Shown piece by piece: positions 10,562 to 21,684 of a stretch of DNA of 38,735 bases. Under the pieces are notes generated by a model. It was not told the DNA's origin, ran no database searches, and worked only from the letters and a program-made list of their open reading frames with translations. Source of the stretch: Vermamoeba vermiformis. Its lineage: Eukaryota. Location: NCBI GenBank assembly GCA_045837725.1, contig JBEWZL010000072.1:1-38735 (forward strand), in the 5' to 3' direction. Positions within the stretch are counted from its first letter, which is position 1. Each line of letters begins with the position of its first letter. The position numbers were made by a program, and so were the translations under genes.

Positions 10562-10578
10562 AATTATTTTTGGCTGTG
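10562..10578 (-). repeat. Right terminal inverted repeat
   Basis: Exact reverse complement of 4174-4190. Confidence 0.9.
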
Positions 10579-11445
10579 TGAAGAGAACTGCTTCTCATCA
10601 AGCATGGCTTCAGCTTGGCAGCAGCACATTAATTCAGCCAGTTCCAAACTAACTGCAGCAAAAGCGAGCAAAACACAAAAACAAGCATTGTCCTGCATCT
10701 GGTGTATTCGAGTTTGGAAGTAGGTCCGAGAAATTTATGCTACCAATGAGTAACCCCACAATTAAACGTACAGAGAAAATAACGAACACAACAAAAGTTC
10801 AAGAGAAGGTTCCGACAGCGTGCCGAGCGTAAATTTTGACGGGCAAAAATTATTCCTTGATTTTTCCTCACCAAACACACTCACAGCGACAATAATTATC
10901 AGCTCGCTAAACTTTCACCGAAACACCACAACTATTTATTTGTATATTTTTTTCGAAAGTATGGCGCTGGAGATTACGCGATCGGCCACCGTAATCTGCA
11001 GATTTTGAAAACGCACGATCTCGCGGTAAAACAAAACATACAGTCACCGTAAATATATTATGGAAACAGACCAGCCTATTTCTTTTCTACCCGACGTGAT
11101 ACCAGAGCTGGAACCGGTAAGCACGCACGAATCTATGCTCAATCGTTGCTACCCTATCTCCAATAAAATACTACGGTAGGCACAATAAATTAGCTTACCG
11201 AAAATAAAACTAATGTTAATTAATTGAAACCGCCAATTTGTGCTTCCCGCGATTTTGTGCACGGGTAAAAATCGTAGTAATTTCGTGATTATTTATTGCT
11301 ATAGTATATAATTACTAGCTATAGTTTGTATTTTTACTAACGCTTACTAAATCTTCTTCTATTGAAAAACACGAATCCGAATTTTCGTTCGGTATTTAAT
11401 CTTTACTTGCATCTTTTTATTTTCAGCCTTCACATCCATTAGAAA

Positions 11446-14237
11446 ATGGACTCTACCATAGAAGATGATCTAATATACTTGCTCTCTTCTCAGGGCTTTC
11501 GTGCAACGTTCTTGATCTCGTACATGATCGCGTTGCCGCTGTCATTCAGCACGATCCTGGTCACTTGGTGGTCCGTCGGTTTCAGACACCCGTTCAACTT
11601 GCTCATTTATTACTCGGCGGGACACGCGCTGTTCTCAATGAAGTACTTTGGACTGTTCAACTTGGCCAACTATAACTTGGAATTATCGTCGCGAGGATTA
11701 TGTGGCGTGGAAGGTTCGTCATCATTAATTTTAATAGTATTCTTTTGTCGTAATATTTGCAAAATATTCTTAAATTTCCGGTGACAGATCCCGATCAATC
11801 AATCAACCGTACTAATTTAATTAATAATTTGTTTATTTAATAGCGTTCTGGTCGCAATTTTGGGGCACGTATACAATCGTTTGGAGCGGCAGCATTATTT
11901 GGACTGTTTGGCATTTATTAAATACGCCTTTCCATAAAACATCAAAATACGAAAAGGTAACGCGAATAATTATTTTACGGTTGAGTTATCTAATATTATA
12001 TACGTTAGTATTATCATATATTGGCCTGGTCATTATCTTTTGGAACGGCAATAATTTTGATTTGGTCTGGTTCATACGGCCATTCAAACTACGACGGCAT
12101 GTAAGTGAATGGCATGCTATATTTGTCATATTATAATATAATCAACAATATTAATATTAACTATTTTTGCGTGCACTAGGTGCTGGTTTTCGGGCACGAC
12201 GAATCACTTCATGAAGATCATCTACGTGCTGCCGCTGTGCATCGTCATCTTCGGTGCATTCGCGGTGTCCATCAAGTACCTCAAGCGACGTCAACTGCTG
12301 GTCTATGCCATCACCAATCTCTTCGGGCTGTTGTGCTTGAACTTTGCCGTCACTGGTATTTTGCCCGTGTTCGCCTTCGCCATCGATTTGTTCAGGTGCG
12401 CACAATGTCCGCAGTCAAACAATATGACCGTTACTTACACCTTCCAACGCACAGAATTGCCGGTGTTATACCGTCCAGCCTTCGTCTCGCGACCATTTCA
12501 TTGGCGTTGTTCAACTCGTTTCAGGTAACACTGACAAACGCACTGTAATTCACCACTGACCATGACCCTTTAGGCCGTTATCTGCTTCGCGTTCGTGTCA
12601 CAGAATTTGAGCTGTTGTGGCAAACTGCATTTGAAGCGCGAGAACGGCGTACAAAAGAAAACGTTGATGAGAATTCGACAGAAAATTCTGCAAGAGATCA
12701 TGCTGCGCATCCAAAAGACGGTAATAATGCACGATTTATTGATAATATTACACGCTAACACTTTACTCAGTCCGAGTTAGTGAACGAGAACGGTGCCAAT
12801 AATGCGTCGCACCACGGAGTGCAAGAAGGCTCGATGACGCTGGACAATGCGGGGTACGTACAGTGAATGTCGTTGTCTGTTGTGGGGTGTTAATGTCTGT
12901 CTAGTGACATGGACGACGAGGACATGCGCATGCTGCACGAAGGATACAAACGCCCGGGTAAGTTAAACACGAGGGATCATTAACCTCATTCTAACCATTC
13001 TTTAGGCGACAAACAACCGCTCTTATTGCAGTACAAGAACGTCGACTATTTGCCGCTCATGTTTTACAACTTGAGAATTCTGTCTGGCGTGACGTCCGAA
13101 CAATACTTGGTACGGCATTTCCTTATTACGAAACAAATCTAACGCTTATTAGAATTCATTTAACGTGAGTGTTGTGAACCAAACATTGGAGTCGAGTTTC
13201 AGCGAGGGAAAGAGCGACAGTTTTATGCTATTCACGACCGACAAGAAGTACATTATTAAGACCATAGCTCAAGTGGAAGCCGATGCACTGGTCAAAATGT
13301 TGCCCGAATACTACGAGGTACGCAACGTTCATAAATACTTTGATGTGCTCACGCTCTGCGACAGCACCTTCAAGCGACACCGCGTTCAATGCTGACAAGA
13401 TTTTACGGCCTATTGTCGTCAGAAGTGGGTGATGTGGAGAACGTGCACGTGCTCGTCATGGAAAATTTGTTCCCACCGCAGTTCAAAATGAAAGAACGCT
13501 ACGACATGAAGGGCTCATGGGTCGGTCGAAGGACGAAGCTTGACAAGCCGAATAGAGAATCGTACGTTAATCACTGGCGAAAGTTTATCGTTACTAATGT
13601 ATACTTAGGTCCGTGTTGAAAGATTTGGACTTCAACCGAAAACTGAACTTGACGCCGGATCAAAAGATGGAAATCCGTGGTGTACTGCAGCGTGACGTCT
13701 CGGTAAGTCCAGCGCAATAGGACAAGCTTGATTCTGACTGATCGATGTAGTTCTTGTGCTTCCACAAGTCAATGGACTACAGTATATTGTTGGGCATTCA
13801 TAAAATCGACCCCAATATTACCACGGCCGAAGAAATTGATGAATGGACGAAGAGGCACGGGGTGTACCTCAGTTACGACAAAACAGAGCTTTATTTTATC
13901 GGCATTATCGACGTGCTGACCATTTACAACATCAAAAAGAAGTTGGAACGGTTTTTCAAAGTGTACATTATGTTGCAAGACTCGGTAAGGACCGCAGTAC
14001 CTACGATTTTCAATGTCTGACAAAAATTATTTGTAACAGAAAGGAATCAGTGTCACACCCCCACAACAATACGCAGAACGATTTTTGAAGAAAGTGGATG
14101 AGATTATTGACTACGACAATGAAAAATACAACGACGAGTTTGTGGTGCAACTGGATGACTTCCCGCAAGGGGACATTACACCAAAAAGTGATGTAAATAA
14201 TTTACCTACTGCGGGAGTGGCATTGAACGAGAGGTAG
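11446..14237 (+). CDS. GPCR-PIP5K fusion: cAMP-receptor-like 7TM domain plus phosphatidylinositol-phosphate kinase (RpkA-like architecture)
   Basis: N-terminal hydrophobic helices include LCGVEAFWSQF, EKYYHILAW and YGHSNYDG-CWF. The C-terminal PIPK motifs are SEGKSDSFMLFTTDKKYIIKT, LTRFYGL, VMENLF, RYDMKGS, LKDLD, MDYSILLG, IGIIDVL and ISVTPPQQYAERF. Many short introns. Confidence 0.9.
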
Positions 14238-14299
14238 TTCAACAAGGAATATTAATATTATTTATTTTGTAAATAAAATGAATGCGATTATCGAAAAGC

Positions 14300-15490
14300 C
14301 TAGTTTATTAAACGAACAAAATTATCGGTGAGGTATTTGCTCCACCTAAAGTAAATTTCAAACGGATGCGCTTTGTATTTAACTCCTTCAAAACCTAATT
14401 TTTCTAATTTATCGCACCAAACCTCAGCGACAGCGTTCATTTGCATGGCCGAATCTGGGTTAGTTAACGTGCGGATTAGATCTGGATCTGGTTGCGTTTC
14501 ATGGTACTTACAGCCATTGGGAATACTAATCTGTGCATATCTGACTTTAATATTAATCTTAATCGTGCCTCCAATAGCGACATTAGGATTGTTCCAACAA
14601 TTTCCGATACTTCGCTCAACAGTCACTTGGTTGATGCTCTCATCGTTTGTAGCTACGAATTGCACATTAATAACGCTAGACAATTATAATAGCCGACAGT
14701 ACCTTGATGGAATGTAATAAGACAGTTCATAATATTACTCTCGGTAGCTGCTTTAATCAGCTTTTCTTTGATGTCCGGAAAACACGTGTCGAACACATTC
14801 TACAAAACAAGTCAACAATCGCAATATTATTATGATCAATAACGTACATTAGCGTAGTCTTGCCACTTCTTTAGCGAGGCTTGTCTGAGTTCGTTGTAAA
14901 AAACTTTGCTATTGGAAATTTTGTTGCGCTCCTTCATTAAGCAAGGTCAGATCAGGCAAAATGATTAGATTTTATTCTTACCGCCTCTATTTCCTCAACT
15001 ACCTCTTTCAAGTAATTAATTAGCGGCTCAATACCGTAAAAATCTGCTTCAGTAAGTAAATCTTCGGCAAGATCTCGCTTTGATGCCGGGATCAAGATTC
15101 TATCGTTTCTGAGGAAATTTAAAATATGTCCAAATAGTTCTCCGTCTCGATCTATGAAATATCGACCTGCACTCTAAGAATTTATCAATAACGGAAAATA
15201 ATTTATTTTATTTTTAGCAAATCCACAGTAAAACTTGAAAATCATGTTGTTTTGTTATAGTAATAGCGAATTAATTCTAAATCATTTACGTATAAATCAA
15301 GCAAATTTAATTTCTTTTTGGTCGATCAGCGATAACTTACGTCTTGAACCAGCTCGAAGTTACCTTCAAACATGCGAGCAAGCATTGAATCGGGATATTT
15401 ACATAGTGTGCTCTTTGTAGTGCTAAAGTGCCGTCCTCCAACATTAAGCTCGATCACTTTCGGAAACGTCTTGTTTGTTGCGGTACTCAT
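14300..15490 (-). CDS. KCTD-type BTB/POZ (T1) domain protein
   Basis: The spliced translation gives IELNVGGRHFSTTKSTLCKYPDSMLARMF...GRYFIDRDGELFGHILNFLR...LLTEADFYGIEPL, the classical K-channel tetramerisation BTB signature. Confidence 0.9.
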
Positions 15491-15743
15491 TGTTGCTCAA
15501 TCCTTCTGCTGCAAAAATATAACCGGCCTGTTGGCATTCGTAGTGACACAATGATCTATTAATTGAAAACTGCGATAACGACGTTGCACAAAAAATAAAA
15601 TTGAAATCTCGGTGCACGTGGACGTAACGCAAGAGTATCGCAAATTCTATTATATTAATCAATAAATCACTAGTGTACAGAAGTAGGCGTTCAACAGCTT
15701 TGAACGAAGAAATTGTGAGCGGATTCAACTAGCAATGCATCCA

Positions 15744-17201
15744 TTAAAAACCGCCGAAAGTGTCAGCCATAGGAATGTAACTCGACATCATATCGTTGCC
15801 AGTTGAAGGGTGGTACGTAGCGTCCATGAAGATGTTCTCGCGATCTTCTTCTCTGCGCTTGTTGTGTTGGTGATGCTCGGTACTTCCAGCGTGCCTGCAA
15901 CACGTTAGTAAGGGCCAGGGATATTAACAATGTCCTATCATTTGCAATATATCACTTACTTTCTCGGTGGTAGTCCAAGATTGGCTTGTCCGGCTTGGCC
16001 TGCGTGACTAGAACCGTGTGAACGAGCTGAGTTTGGTCGGTCTGTGCAGTGTTGCATTAGACCCATAATTATGTTAGGGTTGAAGAGCGTAGTACTCACC
16101 GTCGTCTTTGCTTCCCAACGAAGCGGATCTGTTTCTTCGTCGTCTGTTACTCTCATCGACTTGCAATTGTGGCAAATTAGTCGGCAAATCTTTCTTCTCT
16201 TCAGAATCTACGAGCACAATATATGAGCCCCGCTACACTAGGACTATAATATAGTTCTATTTCTTACCCTCTTTCTTATCAAGGTCAACCTGCGCGAGAC
16301 CCTTGGTACGTTGAATGTTCATGATCGTCTCATTAACGCAGTCTGAAATTTCTTTAAACTAAAAGAGAATCGATTTAATTGGCATATAATTGAATTGCGT
16401 TGTAATGGCTATCACGACTTACCATAGAAGACTTGAACCGGTACATAACGCATCCAGGCGGAACTTTTTCCATTATCCTCAGTTTCGATTGTTGCTTCTT
16501 CAATTGCTCTTCTTTCTTTTTACGCTCCTCTTCTTCTTTCTTTATATCAGCGTTGAGATTCTGTTGAAAAAAATTAGTTTGCAAGATAAGATTTTGTTAG
16601 TTGCCACTAACCTTGAATATAATACGAAATTCTTCCAATTTTGCGTGCGTGTCCCAAGTAATTATAGTTTGCCATGCAAACACTGGAGCTTCCTGCAAAG
16701 TGAGGGAATATTCAGTACGAATCCGGTACAGTGGTACAGATGACGAAGAGTTATGAAAATATTACTATTTAAAATTGTACTTACCTTAAATGCAGCTTCG
16801 ATAGTTTCTTGCTTTAATCGCTTTTTGTCAGTTCCACCGACTTTGACCCAGGAGAATCCGTCTGGAGATATTCGTACAAGACTTTTTTCAAGCTTAGCCT
16901 TCTTCAATCCTTCGCTTTGATTAATGTACTATATAAATCCGTTAACAAAAGGCCTTTTAAAATTAGTTGTATTTGTGTGCAATTTTTACCTTCGAATAAA
17001 AGTGGATCGGTCCCTCTTCACTATTCAATGCCACTGAAATATATCGTAAGTATACTGAAGCAATTATGACAATTACTTACTAATATATCTCATTTTCTTT
17101 CGCTTTTTATCGCCCAGCTCTGAAAAGTAGCGAACGGATGCTGAAACTTTTGTTTCGCGTGGACCGTCGTCTTCTAGTATTTTTCTTTCTTCTTGACTCA
17201 T
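15744..17201 (-). CDS. Hypothetical protein (multi-exon, short coiled coil)
   Basis: ATG at 17201 (MSQEERKILEDDGPRETK). GT-AG-bounded exons overlap ORFs 16662-16907, 16375-16584 and 15956-16156. It ends ...YIPMADTFGGF*. No domain recognised. Confidence 0.65.
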
Positions 17202-17611
17202 GTCGTGTTTGTACTAAACGATATTATGCAAAACCAGCGCTATTGTACTGCAACTATTTCTGAAATTGTAACGGTCGTATCCACAGGAGCGTACGAACTG
17301 CAGGCCTGAACCAGATGTAGGGAACAGTGCTATTATTATACGAGCGTGTATTGGTTATAAATGCTGGACAAAAATTTTGTAACGGGCAAGTGATGCTAAT
17401 TTTGGAACTCTCAAGTTTCTCTGAATTCTGCGGATTCAACACAAAGTGACTTGTATGCGCTAAATAATACAAAAGATTTATTAACAAAATTATTATGTAC
17501 AAAGCAAGATAAATTTCGATTTTCGCCCGAAGGAGATGTTGCCACAAAGATCCTCGGGCCCATGCCAAATTAGCTAAAAATCGAAAATTACCCATGTCAG
17601 GAGTTTGTTAG

Positions 17612-17824
17612 TTAGTCGAGCTCGACTTTTCCTTTGCCAGTGCATTTGCTGCACGTCTGCCAGTGCTCTGATGCCCCATGGCACGATGGACAAGATCTAA
17701 TCTCTGCGTCGTCGCCAATGAATTCAGTTACGGTGCCAGAGCCACAGCACATTGCACAAGCCAAGTAACCACGGCCAGAGCATGCATCACAAGTTTGTTC
17801 GCGATAAGGAGTTTGAGTATCCAT
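17612..17824 (-). CDS. 70-aa stand-alone DnaJ-type zinc finger (CxxCxGxG x4) protein
   Basis: MDTQTPYREQTCDACSGRGYLACAMCCGSGTV...CPSCHGA...CSKCTGKGKVELD. There is no J-domain. Confidence 0.75.
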   Translation of the reverse strand: MDTQTPYREQTCDACSGRGYLACAMCCGSGTVTEFIGDDAEIRSCPSCHGASEHWQTCSKCTGKGKVELD

Positions 17825-18123
17825 TGATCTTTGTTGGTCTGTTGTGTTTGTTATGTTGATTGGTGAATGTAATTGACTGAAATGTTTGTTGACGCCCTTT
17901 TGTATGGGTGAGGACAGCCCTGAAATATTCGGGTAGTTCAAAGAACGTTCATGAAAGATCAGGCGATTCTGACAAGCCAGCAAATTTGGTCTATTTCTTG
18001 AACAATGGACTTCCTGTTGGTTTTGTTGATTCGTATTGTAGCTACGCAAGCCGAGGCCACAGTGCTTGAAGCCGATCGATGAGTTGTCAGCTAAATCTGC
18101 GCGTATCAATCATGAACGGCTCT

Positions 18124-18459
18124 TTATTGCGCTGCTACATCGTTTGGATTATTCTGTGCTTGGAATGGTGCAATGGTCCATACAACCAAAGTGAAGGCAA
18201 GGAAAACTATCAGCAGAATTGTTTGATCACGAGGAGAGAATATGCTTCCAGACTCGGTTTGTTGATCGTTATTGCCTTCATTATCCGGACTTTTGTTCGT
18301 AGCATTTTTGGTATTATTATCTGATTTTTCTGTTGCCTTGTTTTGCTTTGATCTGTCATCTTCTGTTTCAGATTTAGTCACAGGTTTTTCTACCGTAGAC
18401 TTTGTTTCCTTCTTATTATTATTTGCCTTGTTGGCAACCTTTGATGCTTTTGTGCTCAT
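18124..18459 (-). CDS. Small membrane-anchored protein (polar N-terminus, single TM near the C-terminus)
   Basis: MSTKASKVANK... is K/N/T/E-rich and is followed by ILLIVFLAFTLVVWTIAPF. Confidence 0.6.
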   Translation of the reverse strand: MSTKASKVANKANNNKKETKSTVEKPVTKSETEDDRSKQNKATEKSDNNTKNATNKSPDNEGNNDQQTESGSIFSPRDQTILLIVFLAFTLVVWTIAPFQAQNNPNDVAAQ

Positions 18460-18548
18460 AGTGTCCGCTCTGCCAATTGAACTACTGCGCCACAAAAGTG
18501 GAAGAAAAATACACGTGGCAGATCGAGTGAAAAGCTCAACTCGTTGTT

Positions 18549-19972
18549 TTATTCATCACCCCAGGCATTAAATTCGAAGCCATACATTTCTACAAGTGCT
18601 AACGCCTTCGCTGCGACGTCTCTGTACAGATCTCGATCGAGTACCTTGCCGTACTCCTCTTCCTCTCGCTTGCACACGTACACTATCTTAATCAAGTGCT
18701 CTTCGTCGTTCTTGATAGCTGGTTTGATGATCTTGGGCCAAGACAGCGGCAGATTGTAGAACTTCTCGGGAATAAAGATGTCAATGCTGCCTTGAGCCAC
18801 GTACGCGCACACGAACGCTCTTAAAGCACTGTGAGTAATGACTCGAAAGTATGTCTAACTTATACTGACCTCCAGTAGTGTTTCAGAGCGATGATCTTGT
18901 CACTCGTTCTGTTCAAGTTGTTCAACACCATCTTCAGCGAACGATAGCTAGTGACTCCGTGCAGCATGAAGAAGTCTCGATAGCCACTGTTGGCAAAGCC
19001 TTCGCATGTGATTTGCGATAATGTCCTAAGTAGTTCTTGCACGTACTCTTCGTTGCCATTCTCGTCCAAGTACAGATCAAACTCTTTGAGTACAGAGGAT
19101 CCGTATTTGTCGCGAAGAATCTTCATTCGTGTTTGAAAGCCCGGTGAATCGTTGTGCTCTTTGTGGTATTCATCAAATAGTGCAGATAAACTCAACTCTG
19201 GGCGCTCTTTGACTTCCTTGAGGATTTGAAGCGGATCCTTCTTTACTCCCTATTGACACGTGTCATTAACCTTTGTGTGGCAATTACCAATCATTTACTA
19301 CACACCTGCGAAGCTAAGGTACCAAGAGGAAGATGAACGACTGCTACATATGCCATTCCTTGCGCTACAGTCTCGTCACAGTCCGCTTCGAGTGCGTACC
19401 CAAGGGTAATCAGACCATGGAAAGCACCTCCCGCCAGGCCGTGACTTAACGCGGGGAAGTATTCATTTATCTATTGATAACGCGTTAGATACTAAAGTGG
19501 AAATAGATACGACATACTAAGTACTGGCGACCTTTGTTCTTGATCTCATCCAAGAAGAAATCCAAATAATCCGAATAATGCCTAAATTATTGTCAATTTA
19601 TGGGGTAATATTTGACGAACCGGTCCTTACGCATCAAGTCCCGTGTACAAGTTCCAATTATTTTTGTTAATTAAATTATTTGATGGCTGCTTTGGTTCAA
19701 GCTTCTTCGTATACTTGTCATAAAATTCGTGCAGTCTGCTTGCGGGTGCTAATGAAAGAATGGATCATGATTAGTTGCACGATCTCATCTGATCGAGAAA
19801 ACTCACCCCCCAAATGATACAACGCAGTCAGTGCGTGCGACAAATGATTACTAAAAAAGCCTTTAAATTCAATATGAAAATTGTCTCTGTTGCTCTTCAA
19901 CAACGACAGCAAGGTTTTTCGAGTTTCTGTTCGATCTTCTAGCGACAAATTCGACATGCTTTTGTGGCTCAT
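18549..19972 (-). CDS. Questin oxidase-like (DUF4243; AflY/HypA/GedK family) oxidoreductase
   Basis: The family His motifs FSNHLSHALTALYHLG, GAFHGLITLGYALE, DFFMLHGVTS and DEEHLIKIVY are spread across spliced exons. Confidence 0.85.
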
Positions 19973-20098
19973 TGTGAAGTAGGTTAGTATAAAAGTAATA
20001 AAAAGGTCAACAGAATTTAAGGTGCGTAGAATGTTCGCGAAGGAGAAGTCGAAACTCTAAGAAATTTATTCAATTTTTTCTAGTTCGCAAGCTTTCAT

Positions 20099-21115
20099 TT
20101 AGTGAGGGCAGACTGTAGGGTCATTAGCAGTTCCTTGGAACAATAATTGATATGCGTTATTGGCTTCTTGAGGCAACAATCGTAAGTTAAGGCCAGCGAG
20201 ATACACGTATTGTTGATAAAGGAGGTTGCTGCCGTCTGAGTGAGCTACGGTGTATTCGTTGGGCTTGGCAATCAACTCTGCTCCTAAGAAGGCAGTGGCA
20301 ACGTTCAAACCAGATTGGCCTTGGGTCAACAAGATGTTGGCTGTGGCGTTGTAGGCAGCCGCATCCACTGAAGGGCACTTCGGGTTGACTGAGCGCAAAG
20401 CGTTTTCCATGATGTTGGTATTGGCTTGACTGGGCATGACGTCGATGAACTTGACGGGAACAATGCGATTGCGATTGGACCAAGCGAGCACTTGCATCTT
20501 CATGCGCAAACCAACTTTGCTGGCGGAGTAGTCAGCGGCATAAGGCGAGGGGATTTGAGCGTTAGACGATGAAACGAAGGCAAAGCTAGCGTTGGGCTTC
20601 AACATGTCCGACAAGGCGTACCACACATTGGAGGGGCCAAGTTGGTTGGTCTCCAAGACTTGCTTGGCTTGATGAGGCAAGATCTCGTTTGAATCACCAA
20701 AATAGAAAATGCCAGAAGTGACTGCAATCAGATCCAAGGCATGAACGCCGTATCTATTCTTCAACTGACGCTCGAGAATGGTCAAAGTGGCAGCTTGGGT
20801 AACGTCACAATAAAGGTAAGTAACACCTGCGTTGACAAATTCGTGGTAATTCTTCACTTGGCTGCGTTGAGTTCTGGCGCAAGCGTATACTTCCGCACCG
20901 AGGCTCGCATAGAAGAGGGCAACATTACGACCAATGCCTTTCGGAGAAGAAGCACCGACGACAAGCACTTTTTGGCCAGCTTTGTTAATACCCGTGCCAT
21001 TGTTGTATTGAGCCGGTGGGGCAAGTGGGTAAGCGCAGGTTGGACATGGGCTCGGGGTTTGAGCAAGCACTGCTACTGCAATAGAAAAGAGGACTAACAA
21101 GCACACACGATTCAT
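20099..21115 (-). CDS. Short-chain dehydrogenase/reductase (SDR) with an N-terminal signal peptide, intronless
   Basis: 338-aa ORF with Rossmann motif VLVVGASSPKGIG, YLYCDVT, catalytic Ser (FVSS) and YSASK (YxxxK). Signal peptide MNRVCLLVLFSIAVAVLA-Q. Confidence 0.9.
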   Translation of the reverse strand: MNRVCLLVLFSIAVAVLAQTPSPCPTCAYPLAPPAQYNNGTGINKAGQKVLVVGASSPKGIGRNVALFYASLGAEVYACARTQRSQVKNYHEFVNAGVTYLYCDVTQAATLTILERQLKNRYGVHALDLIAVTSGIFYFGDSNEILPHQAKQVLETNQLGPSNVWYALSDMLKPNASFAFVSSSNAQIPSPYAADYSASKVGLRMKMQVLAWSNRNRIVPVKFIDVMPSQANTNIMENALRSVNPKCPSVDAAAYNATANILLTQGQSGLNVATAFLGAELIAKPNEYTVAHSDGSNLLYQQYVYLAGLNLRLLPQEANNAYQLLFQGTANDPTVCPH

Positions 21116-21684
21116 TGCTATTTCCTATAATTTTAAAAGAATTAGATAAATGACTCATCCACGAACAACGAGCCCAGATGCAAAACAATAACTTATCATA
21201 TTGGCCCAAAAATAAATCTTATTATGAATTAAAGGGTAGTCTTAATTTAGCAAGTAACGGCTCGTTGCTTCGATAATAAGGAGAATAGAATAATAATTAT
21301 TATCACGCTTACCTTGAGTTTAAAAACTAATTCAAATGAATAATGTTATGGTGTGGTATCAGTCTTGAATTGATAAAACTTATCCTTTAAATAAAATCAT
21401 TCCGTTGTGTAATGCCGCTCCTTCCCGGGATCTCGCACCCGTCATCAATCAAAAGTTATTCCATCGGTGTTAAACAGGGTTTCTGCAACATTCGGGTCAT
21501 AGAATAGCAGTATAAATGCAATTTGTGGTGTTGCTCGAGCAGTTCTGATGAATTATAACAAAAAGAGCTTTCTGGAACAATTTTCGGGCCGTTTATTTCT
21601 TTTAGACGAACGTTAGGGTGATTTTTCGATGGCATACTTCTATTTTAATCAATATGTCATATTTAAATAATGCCAAACGAGAAT

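Larger units (their letters stand above)
4174..10578. mobile_element. CMC-superfamily (CACTA/EnSpm-like) DNA transposon, 6405 bp, with two divergent genes
   Basis: Perfect 17-bp TIRs: CACAGCCAAAAATAATT (4174-4190) and AATTATTTTTGGCTGTG (10562-10578). It has a 5'-CAC terminus, clustered GGAT(A/G) subterminal motifs at 4210-4325 and an internal DDE transposase. No clear TSD (left flank TTT, right flank TGA). Confidence 0.85.

Noticed and set aside
21546..21552. CTGATGA hammerhead ribozyme core
   Set aside because: No stem II plus GAAA or cleavage-site pairing can be built around it.
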